A DNA stretch of 64,000 nucleotides from Octopus sinensis (Eukaryota), in NCBI RefSeq assembly GCF_006345805.1, contig NC_042999.1, positions 111,414,001 through 111,478,000 on the forward strand, given 5' to 3'. Positions 14,004-28,137 of the stretch are shown one piece after another (the stretch's first letter is position 1; the number at the start of each line of letters is the position of its first letter). The translations under genes and the position numbers were made by a program. Below the pieces are notes generated by a model. It made no database searches. It was not told the DNA's origin and saw only the letters and a list, made by a program, of their open reading frames with translations.

Positions 14004-14543
14004 CGAGGTCTCATAAAAAATAAAAAGCATGGGGACTCTTGCTATGATAACGAAGCTAAATAATGCAGTGTGACCTTGAACGTTGTTACACGTGTACTCT
14101 AAGTTATAACGTACTCGTTCACTTCCGTAGTTTATAGCAGTGCTTGGAAGGAAAGTGTGTAAAGCGTGATCGTCTCAAAGAGAATATCGGATTTCAACTC
14201 CAAAGAATTTCCTTGATTGTGTCGAGAAAGACAAAAACATTTTGAAAACGGGTCATAACAAGTGATGAATCGTGAACCTATGCATATGACCCGAAACCAA
14301 AACTTTGAAGGATCCCCACTTGAAATGAACATGATTTCAGGACGCCAAGGAAATTCAAGATAATGAGATAAGGCAGCTGCTCACTATCCTATAAAAGGAG
14401 TTCCATGAATGCTTCCATCCATAAAAGCAGCACTGTGTGTGGCTTCAGAAGGGAACTACTTCGAAAGCAGATTCAGTGCCGATTTGCTAAGTGTCGTAGT
14501 TTTTTTTATAGTACCAGACTCGATAGTTTTTGGTCAGAACTCG
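14004..14543 (+). mobile_element. Internally deleted mariner (540 bp) with TA flanks
   Basis: TA|CGAGGTCTCATAAAAA at the left end and GTTTTTGGTCAGAACTCG|TA at the right. Remnant peptides KRVITSDES*TYAYDP (first catalytic D) and CVASEGNYFE (C-terminus). Confidence 0.75.
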
Positions 14544-14644
14544 TATACAAATACATATACATACAGACCTTCATCTATATGTATACACACACACGTACAC
14601 ACACGCACACACACTCAAAGAAACAAACGCACATACATACATCG

Positions 14645-14940
14645 TGGACATCGTTCATGATGTGAAAGTGACGCCGACATTAGTTTCGGATCACAACATA
14701 ATAGAGCTGTCTATGTAAGGACCAAAAGTAACCAGAGACATACAGCCTAAAGAAAGCACCCAAAATCTCTCCAATCTGAGCTTCCGCAAAGCATATTGGA
14801 AATTGATCCAAAAAGAGATCGTCAGAGACGACTGGCCGAAATGTCTCTCTACACTAGACATTGGCATGAAACTAGGCTATTTCACCTATGTTATGCAAAC
14901 TATATGCCAGAAATATGTCCCAGACCACAAGATTCTAAGG
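14645..14940 (+). mobile_element. CR1/L2-like LINE fragment (end of APE endonuclease plus linker)
   Basis: VKVTPTLVSDHNIIELSM, NLSNLSFRKAYWKLIQKEI, ICQKYVP; the SDH motif marks the end of an APE domain. Confidence 0.55.
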
Positions 14941-16274
14941 GAGCGGAAGATCCGCTTGAGGCGATGGACGAATATTGATTAGAGAAAGAGTGATTAGAAA
15001 AAAAGAGGGAAATCTAAAAGAGGGAGAGAGAAAAAGACAGGGAAAGAAAGAGGGAAAGAGAAACATCCATGACGTAAGGTAGAGGGAATGTAATTGTACC
15101 ACTTTCACGTGATTAGTTGAAGGAAAAGTGAGGAGAAAGATAAAGATAGAAAAAGAGGATAAGGTGAAGAGTGAGACTGAAAGAGGCAGAAAAAAGAGAG
15201 CGGAGAGAGAGAGGGGAGAGAGGGAGGGAGAGAGATGATGATGGTGGTGGTGGAGATTGAGATGGTGCTGATGGAGGTGGTAGCGGTGGTTATTTGAATA
15301 GTGAAAAATATATTGTGCAAGCGCGTAAGTGCAATTCCGTGAAATATTCACGCTTATTTAAGTGGCAGATATATGCATTGTAACTAAAGAGGGTATCATA
15401 TACACGGGACATTTTTGTTTAGTTTATGGGGAGAATGGAAAAATAAGAGTGACTATTTTATGAGTGCTGTGTTATAAAACTGTGCATAAAGTATATAAAG
15501 TGTACATATATAAAGTACATTAAGTAATCATCCTATTCCAATTTCCTTCACTTTTCAATGAGTAGCAGACGAGCGACTAGCTTTTGATACGGGCACAACA
15601 CAGGTTTATGCTTTCATGGTTTTGGGATAAAGTTTTCAGAAATAATCTAGTAAGTTAACCATTAATTCTGTGAAATATTCACGTGTCCTGCTACGTTCAA
15701 TGTTTTCAAGCTTTCAAATTTAAAGGGAACTAGAATGATAGTTGCGTCATAGTTATATTCCTTCTTCATTTTTTTTTGTCATGAATCTAAAAGTAAAGTA
15801 AAGTAAGTCTCTAAACTATTACGTCTACTACACAGCATTTGAATAGTCAACTGAACGCATTATAAACAAATAAGAAAGGTTCTAGAAGTGTCAAAAAGTT
15901 TATGGCTAAACTCCAACCGAATTTGATATTTTTTCTTGCGTATTTGAGTTAAAATTTTATTGGGGTTTATAAAACAAAATACAGTAATATAATAGGTTTA
16001 AATGAAGGCACTATTTCTGCCCTACTATCTGGGGAAAAAAGAAAAGAAAATGGTTATATCTTATATTGTCTGACTAAGAAGAATGTCATCAATTAGCAAA
16101 AAGAAAATGAGGGGAAAAAATGTCACCATAGTTGAACTGTCAAAGAATATAATAGCTCAGTGGTTTACTAAGGCATGTAATGCTCTTTTCATTTTTTTAT
16201 CAAAATGCATTACTGGCATCCTGCAACGTCAACTTCAAGTAAAAAAAGAGGCATAGATAAATAGCGCATTATTG

Positions 16275-16372
<98 letters not shown>

Positions 16373-16718
16373 CTCTGTCTCTCTCCTCTCACCCCTCTCT
16401 CTCTTGTTTCTCTCCCTCCAATACATTGAGTAATTAGTTCATGTATCGTCATAACTCAATAAACATCATATTGCTTTCCTAAAATCACTTACCTAGATGT
16501 TCATTTTTTACCCTCTTACTCGTTGCTGATGTTAACTACAGATTTGGAAATACATGCTTTCCAGAAAATTTTCCCATCAAATACACGTCGTGAAACATAT
16601 ATTTCTGACCTAATATTGATACATTCTCAAAACTCTAGGAACTCCAGGGCATTCTAAAATGCTAAAAAAGTATGTTGCTAAAAATAATAACAATAAGAAT
16701 AACAACAATGACAATCCT

Positions 16719-16937
16719 TTTCAAGTATAGGGGCAAGGCCTCAGATTTTGAGGGAGGAGGCTAGTCGAATTCATTGACCCCAATGCTCAACTGGTTTTCT
16801 CGAACCCGAAAGGATGAAAGATAAGGTCGACCTCAGCGGAGTTTAAAACTCAGAATACCCGTCTTTGGACATAAGGTCAGACGAAATGTCGCTAAGCATT
16901 TTGCCTGATGTAACAATGGTTTTTCCAGCTCGCCGCT
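16719..16937 (-). mobile_element. tRNA-derived SINE copy
   Basis: Reverse complement of core and head (gaaaggatgaaag...gtcgacctc...gctaagcattttgcc...gctcgccgc). Confidence 0.8.
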
Positions 16938-17039
16938 AAATAAATAAATAATGATAATGCAAAGTGACTGCATGAAATCCAGGATAGGTTAAGAAATATA
17001 AAAGGACAAGTCAGGGAATTGAAATACCATTTGAACAAA

Positions 17040-17500
17040 CAATAAGAAACGGAGAAGTGACCAAATTGCAAAAGCTTTGCCCTAGACTTGCCCAAAACCA
17101 TTGTAAGTTGTAGAGACACGGCGTGGTAGTGAAAGTGCTGCATGGAAAACTGTGAAAAGTGGAGGTTAGAGAGAGGCAAGATGTGGTAAGAGCACAGCTC
17201 ACAGAGAGTGGCGGAGTCGGAAACGTGCAAAATCTTGTAGGATTTCCCAGTCCAAACAGACCAGGTAGTTGAGAACAACGTACTAGACTTGTAATGGTGG
17301 ACAAGGTGAACCACATGTGCTCTACAATTACTGTTGCGTTCCCTTTGACCCACGAATAGTTAAGAAAGAAGATGAGAAAATAGACATATGTAATCCTCTG
17401 AATTACGAGATAGCTCTAGTGTGGAAATAAAGAAAGAGAAGATAATGTCAATTATTGTTGGATCCTTGGGGTCAGTATCAGAAGGTATCTAGAGGAATAT
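17040..17500 (+). mobile_element. R4/Dong-type RLE LINE 3' fragment
   Basis: With frameshifts: CEKWRLERGKMW*EHSSQRVAESETCKIL*DFPVQTDQVVE, PLNYEIALVWK, IIVGSLGSVS. This parallels the C-terminus at 32700-33170. Confidence 0.75.
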
Positions 17501-18489
17501 AATGGAAATCAGAATAGAGGGCCCAGTTGAGCTCTTTGCCTCCATGGTACGATCAGTGCGCTATTTTGATTATGAAACGAGCAAGATTTGTAGGAAGCAG
17601 GGAATTGAAATGCCAAATAAGGAAACAATAAGAAATAGAGACAAGACCAATTTGTGAAAGTTTTGCACGGGACGTTTTGTCAGAAATGGGGGTTTGAAGC
17701 TGGCTGTACTTGGTATAATCATCTGTTAGGATGAGTTCTTGAGTTGAAGAAATACAAGAATTTATGGGGTTTTCAAACTCAAACGGATAAGAGGATAGGA
17801 AATGATAAACCAGATATAACAATAATAGAAAAGAAAAGTTGCCTACCAATTGATCCATTATGTCCATTTGATTCCTGGATTGTAAAGAAAAAAGCTGAAA
17901 AATTAAAAAATGCGATCCATTAAAATTCGAAATTGCGAAAATTTGGAATATAGAAACTGTTTAGGTTGTGCTTTTAATAATAGGTGCATTAGGGACAAAT
18001 GGTTGAAGTTTATTGGAATGGAATGTCCTGTCGAATTTCAATCGAAAGTTTGCCTGTTAGGAACAGGAGAGATAACCAGAAAAGTTTTGAGCACTTGAAA
18101 GATTATTGAAAGTTAGTGGATATCTACTGTTACAGTTAGTAACGCGTTACTTACATAAATTCTACCGGGAATAAGACGACACTTAGTCAATAATAATAAT
18201 AATGATGATTTCAAATTTTCTTAACTGGTATGTCACACGTATTGAGAAGACCATTGTTGCTAGGAATTTTCTTACCCTTTTCCCTTTTCCCTTTTCTTTT
18301 TTTTTCTTTTTGTAGTTTTATGTTTTCCCTCTGTCTTTCTTCCCCTTTTTTCTCTATCACATGACTTTCTAAATGGACAATTTGGTGTATTTATTTTAAT
18401 GGCCTGCCAATGTATACAGTGCGTTCCTCTGCCCTAGGTATCAGGAAAATACTGGGTAAGAAATAGAAGCAGAATTGAAAGAAGATGAT

Positions 18490-18499
18490 AATAATAATG

Positions 18500-18564
<65 letters not shown>

Positions 18565-18765
18565 TTCAATTTTTTGCACAAGGCGAGTAATTTCGGGAGA
18601 TAAATCGATTGCATCCCGTCCCGGTGTTCAACTGGTTCTTATAATAACGACCCCGGAAAATGAAAGTCAAAGTCGGCCTTGGCGGCATTTGAACTGAGAG
18701 AATAAAGTCGAAAGAAATGACTAAGCATTTTCCCGGCACGGTAATGATTCTGCTAGCTCGCCGTT
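18490..18765 (-). mobile_element. tRNA-derived SINE with (ATT)n tail
   Basis: SINE body at about 18565-18765 abutting the (TAA)n tract at 18490-18563. Confidence 0.75.
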
Positions 18766-18799
18766 GTGTTGGTAAAATAATGCGTTAGGGTAGCATGGA

Positions 18800-19090
18800 A
18801 ATAACAGGAAAGCTGTGTGAACACGAACCAGACGTTGTGACAGAAAATAAGAGTTACAGGGTCTTGAGGGTCTCCTTCAGTTAAGACTGACCATGCTATG
18901 GAAGTAAAAAGATCAGATATGAATATAGAAGAAAAAAGATAAAAACAATCAGCGTGAGAAAATATACTTCATATGCCAAATAAATGAAAATATTGAGAAA
19001 TATCACAATCTAGTCAGAAAGCTGAAGAGACTCTGGACGACTAAGGCAAAAATATTTCTGTATTAATTGGTGCCCTGGGCACAACACAAA
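18800..19090 (+). mobile_element. R4/Dong-type RLE LINE fragment
   Basis: EHEPDVVTENKSYRVL, VKTDHAMEVKRSD, EKYHNLVRKLKRLW, LIGALGTT. Confidence 0.65.
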
Positions 19091-19449
19091 TACCATAAAT
19101 TGAACTCGCATTGTCATTCTGCAAGACAGATACTTGAGATTTGAGGAAACCCTCCCACAATCAGCACAGTATTCTATCGATTCTACTTTAAGGTCATCAG
19201 TAATTTCAGTATACTAGTATTCTCCTTTCGGAATACTACAAAGTTCAGTTTATTTGACATAATGAAAGCCCTTTTGTGAAGGGCATCCTGTTTCTTAATT
19301 GAATTTTGCTTTGGTTCTATATTTGTTACCCTTTCACTCTTCTCTTTTTTACTAGTTTCCTATACTTTTGCAGTCTCCATTTTCTCCCATCAACGAAGTC
19401 CCATTGCTGATCGTAGCCTCTGGCTAGATTTCTTTTGGAGGATATAGAT

Positions 19450-19960
19450 CTTAGGAGTTTTCTTCATTGTCAACTCCGCATGCTGGTAGCAATAAGATCG
19501 ATACATCTTCATTTGCCTCCATTCTGGTTATTTCCAGAGCGTCCGTAAGAGTATCCGTGACAATAGGTGAATACCTATTGTTGCTACTGCCCAATTTTTT
19601 AGGCTTTTCCTTTTTTGCACATAAGGCCCTCAAGTAACTTTCGCTAAGACAAACGTAGTAATTTAGCCTTTTGTACGGCAACACTTTGATTGATATTCAT
19701 GTATATACAGGACTGATTACTGAGTAAAGCACCGGTTCATGTAGCCTTTGAGAGTATTAGAATTTGGATGCCCATGCAGACTCTGAATTTCACACTGTTG
19801 CGAATCTTCTCTTTGTTATCATATGTCTGTATTACTGTAAAAAGTTAAGTCGACGTCCTTGCTAATACCTGTATTCGGCAACTTAGTATTTTTGAAACTC
19901 TGCTTTCGCTGCTTTCACAGATTCCCATCACTCTTTATCGCCATCTACTTTCATTATTAT
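19450..19960 (-). mobile_element. Possible very old APE-endonuclease LINE remnant (RTE-like)
   Basis: Weak, frameshifted similarity: SRVSKILSCRIQ..LFTVIQTY and NQ....CIDLIATS. Confidence 0.3.
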
Positions 19961-20679
19961 GAATTTGAATTCGGAACTTAAGTCATAGTGAATTAGCTGA
20001 TTACACAACCATGGATGCCACAGCAATGGATGCGTTGCACTATCTCTCTTCATTAGAGCTTGGAGACTCTAAAAGCAGGAAGATGCTTCCAGGCGTCCTA
20101 TTCAAGCAAGAAGCCATTGGTTTCTGTGACATACCCTGCCTAATATCGCCTTTACTCGAAGTGGCTCAATTCTAGTCGATGTATTTGTCCCTCAGGATGA
20201 GCAAATGAAGGAATGTTACTTTCAGCTGTCTGTGGTAGTTCTGCTGTCATTGCTATTCGAACTATTTCTCTTTCCTAAAATGAATGTTTCCAACAACCAT
20301 CATTGTGTATTCCTATTTTACAACTTCTATCAGTGTTTCATCATTTCTCTTCAAAATATTTCTAGGGTATGTTTAGTAAAGTTATCACTACAAGCGTCTT
20401 CTCATTTGCGAGGCGGCCATTTTGTAATGGGTACAAGTATTGTAAAATAGGAATTTGTCAAAAATTATCAGAACATATTAAAAAATCTAAAGCCCATTTT
20501 TTACTCTATCCCTGGTAATAGGGTAGACATTCAAGTGTGTTTTGAAGACCTGTGATTCTAAAAAGAATCAAAATAACCACTTTTTTTAAAAAATAAAGAT
20601 ACTTTTCTAAAGTTATCATAGATGAAAATGTAGTCTACACCGACTCTAAGAAACTTAACCTTTCACTTCGAACAACAGC

Positions 20680-21190
<511 letters not shown>

Positions 21191-22104
21191 ATATAAGAAA
21201 ACATTTTTTTAAATGCTCTCTATCGCTGACTTTCAATTAATTCTTGCTACAAAGCTGCAACACACACATACACACACGCATGTATGTATATACACACATA
21301 CATATATATACACACACATATATATACACGTATATAAGTGTATATATATATATATATGTAGACACACACACACACATTCATATGTACATACTTAGGTGCG
21401 TACGAGCGTATGTACATACGTACGTACATACGTACATGAACAGGAATCATGCTTATATGTTCATAAATTCGTGATCAAACGAATTCCTTCACCCTTCTCA
21501 CGACTAAATTCATTGTACATCTTGGTATGTTTCCTCATAAGTCCTTTCAATCTGAGTGCCCTAATTCTTCTGATGAAATATTATTTTAGTGACACTATTT
21601 ATAATTCTACATATTACCCAAAGCGTTAAAGATTTGTCTTTTATTTTTTGTAATCTGGTCTTCTTTTCACAAGTTAGTATGTATCTTGGCTTCTTCTGTA
21701 AAATTAGATATTTACATTCATAGGTAGACTATAATAGTTTTAGAAGAAGAAATAAAAGGAAATACGTGGGGAGTAAATACAAACAGTGCGTGTTAGACAG
21801 ATGGAGGAAATAAACTTATGAAGTGACATAGAGCAGATTTGCATAAAATCAGAATTTTAGAAAGAGACAGTAAGAGAAGAAAATCACCAACACCTGAACA
21901 CAGTATCGAGAGCGGATGAGATCGGGAAGAGCAAATACTTAAAAAGAGAGAGAGGGAGGGGGAGGGAAGGGGAGATGGGCTGAGAGACAGAGATAAAAAG
22001 TCAGACAGACAAAGAGAAGGTAGAAATAGAAATACAAAGATACGAGTAGAGATATATAGTTATGTATAAATCTATGTATCGATGCATGAGTGCATATATG
22101 TATG

Positions 22105-22146
<42 letters not shown>

Positions 22147-22149
22147 CAT

Positions 22150-22228
<79 letters not shown>

Positions 22229-22261
22229 TTTATAGACACACACACACACACAAACACACAC

Positions 22262-22338
<77 letters not shown>

Positions 22339-23130
22339 GTATATAGATTCATATCTATAGATAGATAGATATATAGATGGTCATCAGTAGAGTTGATCTC
22401 CGTCACACACCAGAAATTTCTTTCTTTCATACTAATTTCAGAGTTAGATGAGTGCTTTTGAAGTTTAGCTTACAAGCGTGCCATAAAAAAAGTTTCGTCG
22501 TACCGTGTTTACGCGCTTCTCACAGATTTGGAACGGTGCCGTTTAGCATACATTAATAGCTTAGACTGGTTGGTAAAGTTTCACTCACCCATATTTTTCC
22601 TTCTTTTTACCAGTGCTTTCTGTACACAGGCCTATGCAGGGGATGCATTATTTATCTTTTCCTTGTCCCCTGTGTGTCTCACTTCTTTTTACCATTCCTC
22701 ATTAAACAGTTTGCACAATCACAGGTTCCTAGTGCAGTATGTTTCTTGCATTCCTTCTGTTCAAGTTTTGCAACGGATAACGACCACCTGCAACTCAAAC
22801 AGAATATTAGCTGCCTAGATAGCGCCAAGTCAGGACTTGAAATCTCCTGAGAAGTAACCTTCGTTCTCTGATTAATAAATATTTTTATGAAGTCACTCAA
22901 GTGTGAACTAATACAAGCACTTATTTCTCATTTTCATATTTTTTCAAGGGATTCATTGCTTCGGAAGAATTTTTTTCATATTGTCACATGTTAATGGAGT
23001 TCTATTCCCAAACACCAACAGAAAAATGTCAGAGTGGATATGGTACTGAATTACCAAATCAAAGATGTTGTGTTTAATCAACTGTAATATATTTGTTGCG
23101 TATTTTGTCAGTGGGCTTACTTCTACATCC

Positions 23131-24292
23131 TATTCCTAGGCACAAGGTTCGAAAATTTCGGGGAGGAAGCCAGTCGATTAGATCAACCTCAGTACGCAAA
23201 TAGTATTTATTCATCGACCCCAAAAGGATGAAAGGCAAAGTCGACTTCGGCGGAATTTGAACTCAGAACGTAAAGACAGACGAAATACCTATTTCTTTAC
23301 TACCCACAAGGGGCTACACACAGAGGGGACAAACAAGGACAGACAGACGGATTAAGTCGATTATATCGACCTCAGTGCGTAAATGGTACTTATTTAATCG
23401 ACCCCGAAAGAATGAAAGGCAAAGTCGACCTCGGCGGAATTTGAATTCAGAACGTAACGGCAGACGAAATACTGCTAAGCATTTCGCCTGGCGTGCGGTA
23501 TTTCGTCTGTCTTTACGTTGAGTTCAAATTCCGCCGAGGTCGACTTTGCCTTTCATTCTTTCGGGTCGATGAATTAAGTACCAGTTGCGTATTGTATCGA
23601 TCTAATCGACTGCCCCCTCCACAAACATATCAGGCCTTGTGCCTAGAGTAGAAAAGAGATTGGTGTAAATATTATTTTGTACTGTAGACACAAGGCCTGA
23701 AATTTTGACCCCAGTACGCAACTGGTACTTAATTTATTGACCCAGAAAGGATGAAAGGCAAAGTCGACCTCGACGGAATTTGAACTCAGAACGTAAAAAC
23801 AGACGAAATACCACTAAGCACTTCACCCAGCATGTCAACGTTTCTTATTTTTGCTCTAGGCACAAGGCCCAAAATTTTGGGGGAAGGGGGCCAGTCGATT
23901 AGATTGACTCCAGTACGCAACTGGTACTTAATTTATCGATCCTGAAAAGATGAAAGGCAAAGTCGATATTGGCGGAATTTGAACTCAGGACGTAAAGACA
24001 GACAAAATACCTATTTCTTTACTACGCTCAAGGGGCTAAACATAGAGGGGACAAACAAGTACAGACAAACGGATTAAGTCGATTACATCGACCCCAGTGC
24101 GTCCCAGGTACTTAATTTATCGACCCTGAAAGGATGAAAGGTAAAGTCGACCTCGGCGGAATTTGAACTCAGAACGTAACGGTAGACGAAATACCGCTAA
24201 GCATTTCGCCCGGCCAGCTAACGATTCTGCTACCTCGCTGCCCGCTAAGTATTTTGCCCGCCGTGCTAATGTTTGTGACAGCTCGCTGCCTT
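23131..24292. mobile_element. Cluster of SINE modules: minus dimer (about 23131-23496), plus B-module (23497-23660), minus monomer (about 23685-23843), minus dimer (about 23850-24242), duplicated head
   Basis: Repeated core gaaaggatgaaaggcaaagtcgacctcggcggaatttgaactcagaacg and its reverse complement; Pol III A-box and B-box-like motifs in the head. Confidence 0.92.
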
Positions 24293-25636
24293 AAGACTGG
24301 TGTAAATATTAAACGAAAACTGTTATATGTCCGATATTATAGGCGTGCTTGTAATGCTTAATGTGAGGTTCGAATGAAATTAACAAAATGACAGCTGGAT
24401 AGATAGATTAAAATTACCTATTATCCTCATTTATCAATATTGGTTGTATGGAAGTTAGAATCGTCCACGGAGGGGTTTGAAAATCGGAAATACTGAAATA
24501 CGAGCAAAATATCTCACAGCACCCAATTCAGGTCCTTTTTACACTGAAAATGCTACAAAAAATTCCAAGTATAATAACACAAAATCAGTGGTCAATTTAG
24601 AAGTCATGTGAAATACGGTATTGCTTTAGTTGTGATGTATATTATTAGTATCTCCATGCATTCGTTTTACTCTTGAATTATGGTTCCAAAAAGAATATGT
24701 ATCTTTTGTCTGCTGAATGGACGTTTACACGTAGAATAGACGTTAATTAAGAGAACTTCGACTATTTATCAATTGTATTCTTCCTTAAGCCATATATACA
24801 CTCCTACCTAATTTGAGGCTGTGTATACTTACCTAATACCACGTAGCATAATATAGCGGCTACTTACACTTAGGCTTCATTCATCTACATACATTGTATT
24901 AAGATGTTGACGACTGTCATTACAGATGATAAATTACAGAAGTTACATTTTCCCAGACTTGACTATTGTAATCAAACCTTGCTGAAGTTACGGTATAATC
25001 TGACAAAGAGAAATCACAACATATAATAGTGCTATAAAAATTCCTCCTATCTTTTCGATTTGAACGTGTTTCATATATTTATATCTATAAAAGTATGCCT
25101 GAAATTATACGAATAACACATGTAAATACTTACACATACAATTAAATATACATTACTCTCTGTAGTTTGAAACATTGTAAAAATACGGCAATATATAGTA
25201 ATATACACAAATACACACACACAGAAAATAGACACACTCACACACGCGTACACGCGCGCATACACTGTTTCAGTTCACTAGGACTTCGTAATTCACCTAC
25301 CAGTTTATTCGACACGACTAGATGGATAAGGTTATAAGACCTAACCTTAACTTCAACTTTACTATGATTTGGACTTTACTCTTGGTTTGAAGGTCATCCC
25401 ATTATATGTATGTGTATATATATATATATATTTACACACGCATATGTATTTATATACATGTACATGTATATGTACATGCAGGCACGTACATTAACAAAGA
25501 GGAAAGTACTAAATAAATTTAGCACAGTTAATAATCACATTAGTAATTATTAAAATAGAGATTTGAATTATTAAAATTCCGCGTCACCCCTTCTCCGTTT
25601 ATCCAAAAGCGATGTCACCAAACTCGGAACAAAATC

Positions 25637-26074
25637 ATACATACAAACAAACATACATACATACATACATACATACATGCATACAAGCATGCATGCATGT
25701 ATAGATACATACATACATACATACATACATACATACATACATACATACATACATACATACATACATACATACATACATACATACGTACGTACGTACAAAA
25801 GTAAACAAACCACCGCTCCCGCTATCGCTAAATTCGAGTCTCAAAAGTTAGCTGACCTAGTAACGAAGACTGCGGAATACATCCAAGTGAAAAACATTTC
25901 AAAATTACAATTCTCAAAAAATGTTGCTACTTTCTCGAAGCTTTCGTTGAGCAACAGACTATTCACAACACGAGTGAGAAAAAAATCCGACCGATCTAAT
26001 GTTTAAGGTAATCAAAGATGTTGCTATGCGTTTGCAATCCAGGAACAGGATTGTCGTAACACGTGGGTTGTTAA

Positions 26075-26157
<83 letters not shown>
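25637..26157. repeat. (CATA)n tract (25637-25795) and (TG)n tract (26077-26157)
   Basis: Visible in the sequence. Confidence 0.95.
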
Positions 26158-26159
<2 letters not shown>

Positions 26160-26539
26160 GAAATCTCTTGTTCGACAAGTCTGACCCTGGTGTAAATAAC
26201 AAGGACACAATAATTAATGTGTTAGACAGGAACGATCTGGGATTAAACAAGACTAACAACGTCATCTGTATAAACAAATTAATGATACCAATTATTGAAC
26301 GACTTCCAGTGTCCACCAAAGCTATGCCACCAACGTTTATCCTGGTTTCTTACTTTGTCACATGGTCTTACGTTTAAAAGAAATGGGCTATTTGATTGAA
26401 TGCTGTTAACGCTTTCCTAAAATGTATATGCTATTCAGATGAAGAGAAATATCAACTACAGGGATTGAAATAAAGCAGCTAGTGTGAGTCCTCAGAGACT
26501 TCTTTTTCTACCGTAATAACGATTATCATTACTAAGAAA

Positions 26540-26819
26540 AATATGAACACACCCACTCTATTCTATCTTCAGAGAAACGGCCGCCACTAACACCAACATC
26601 CGCACACACATTTACTCCTATCTCCACAATAATTACCGATAACGTCAATACTACCACATTATCTTCAGTGTCTCTACCACTACTAACACCAAAAACCCAT
26701 ACTGCCCTCATTGATGCAACCACCAGTGAAACTATCACACCATACAACCTACATTTTACACTACTTCAAGACCATCACCATAGGGCAACATTATTTTTGC
26801 TACTACTACTACTACTACA

Positions 26820-26881
<62 letters not shown>

Positions 26882-27400
26882 ATTTACACCAATTTCACTG
26901 ACATTTCCACCACTGCGTCTTCCAAACCCACTACGTTATCTTCAGAGACTCTGTTAGTGCTATATATCAACGCCATACTATCTTCACTGATATTCACATC
27001 ATAAATGTCACAGCCACACTGTCTTCACTAAAACTAGTACTACCATAACATTACGTTCACTGACACTACTACCAACAACATACATCTACGCTGGTTTCAC
27101 TGATACCAACACCATAAATATCAGCATCATCACTACCACACTATCTTCACTGACACTACCCCTTCAACACCCTACTACTATTACTAATACCACTATTACA
27201 CTACCTTCAATAACACTACTCGCACTAGCTCCATTGAATGTAATTACCACCACTGACATTGCTACCCGGCTACCGCCACAAACATCACAATTTTCAATAT
27301 CTTCTCCGACACTTCTGTAATTACCACCACTGAAACTAATTTCATTAACAATACCCACATACATTTCACCTATATTTCCACCACCATTTCAACTGCCCGC
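26540..27400. repeat. Degenerate C/A-rich minisatellite with recurring accac(a)ctatcttcactgacact and a (CTA)n tract
   Basis: The motif recurs at least 5 times; Thr-rich translation but the frame is not maintained. Confidence 0.6.
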
Positions 27401-28137
27401 AACCTAATCCTGTACGTTCCTGTTCCTTTCTTTCCGCTGCGTCTGGCATAACACATAAATTAGAGGTAAATTATCTTTCTTTCGCAACCAATGTAGGAAA
27501 GAATCATTCAATCAAGTCTTAAATACAGAGTCTTAAATATAAACTTTTCATTACCTCTTCTTTCCCCCCACTCATGTGGAGACGAGAACGGATACTAAAC
27601 CGTTGCCAATCTACATCCAAATCTATTGGGATTTGGCAGTGAAGTATTAGATTTCGCCGAGGTACTACAGAGCTGCTTGCCTCAGTGGGTGTGTCATGTA
27701 TAATGATCACATACTATGATCAAATTGTGCTAAACAAGATTGGGTTTTCATTGACAAGTAACTTATGTGTCTTACAATACATGTCTAGATTCAGGACTCT
27801 GACAAGGCTGAATTAGCCTCTCACTTTTCTTTCAGTAATTTGTGGCAATAAAGCAAAAGCAAATAACAAAATGGTGGAAAAAATAAAATACAGCCAACAG
27901 ATGTAGATTGGCCTTGGGATAAGAACATATGGATGCGTTTGTTGTGCTCAATTGTTTTGTATGTTCTAGAACGAGGATAATAGTGTATTCAGATACATAG
28001 TATGTGATGAGGTAGCAGAAATGACTTGTAGATTTTAGCTTCATTCCAATGCATTCTGCATGCATAATTCTGTAGTAAACAAGTTCACAGTAAGGCTTAT
28101 AAGATGATCGAATCCATGGCAGTATTTAAGCAATATA

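Noticed and set aside
23131-24292. Repeated 40-50 bp cores resembling a CRISPR-like array
   Set aside because: These are SINE cores with homologous flanks and mixed orientation in eukaryotic DNA; no unique spacers and no cas genes.
27555-27664. Possible minus-strand exon with Ig-like LILHC..VDW pattern and GTAATG donor
   Set aside because: Weak acceptor, no second Ig cysteine and no partner exons.
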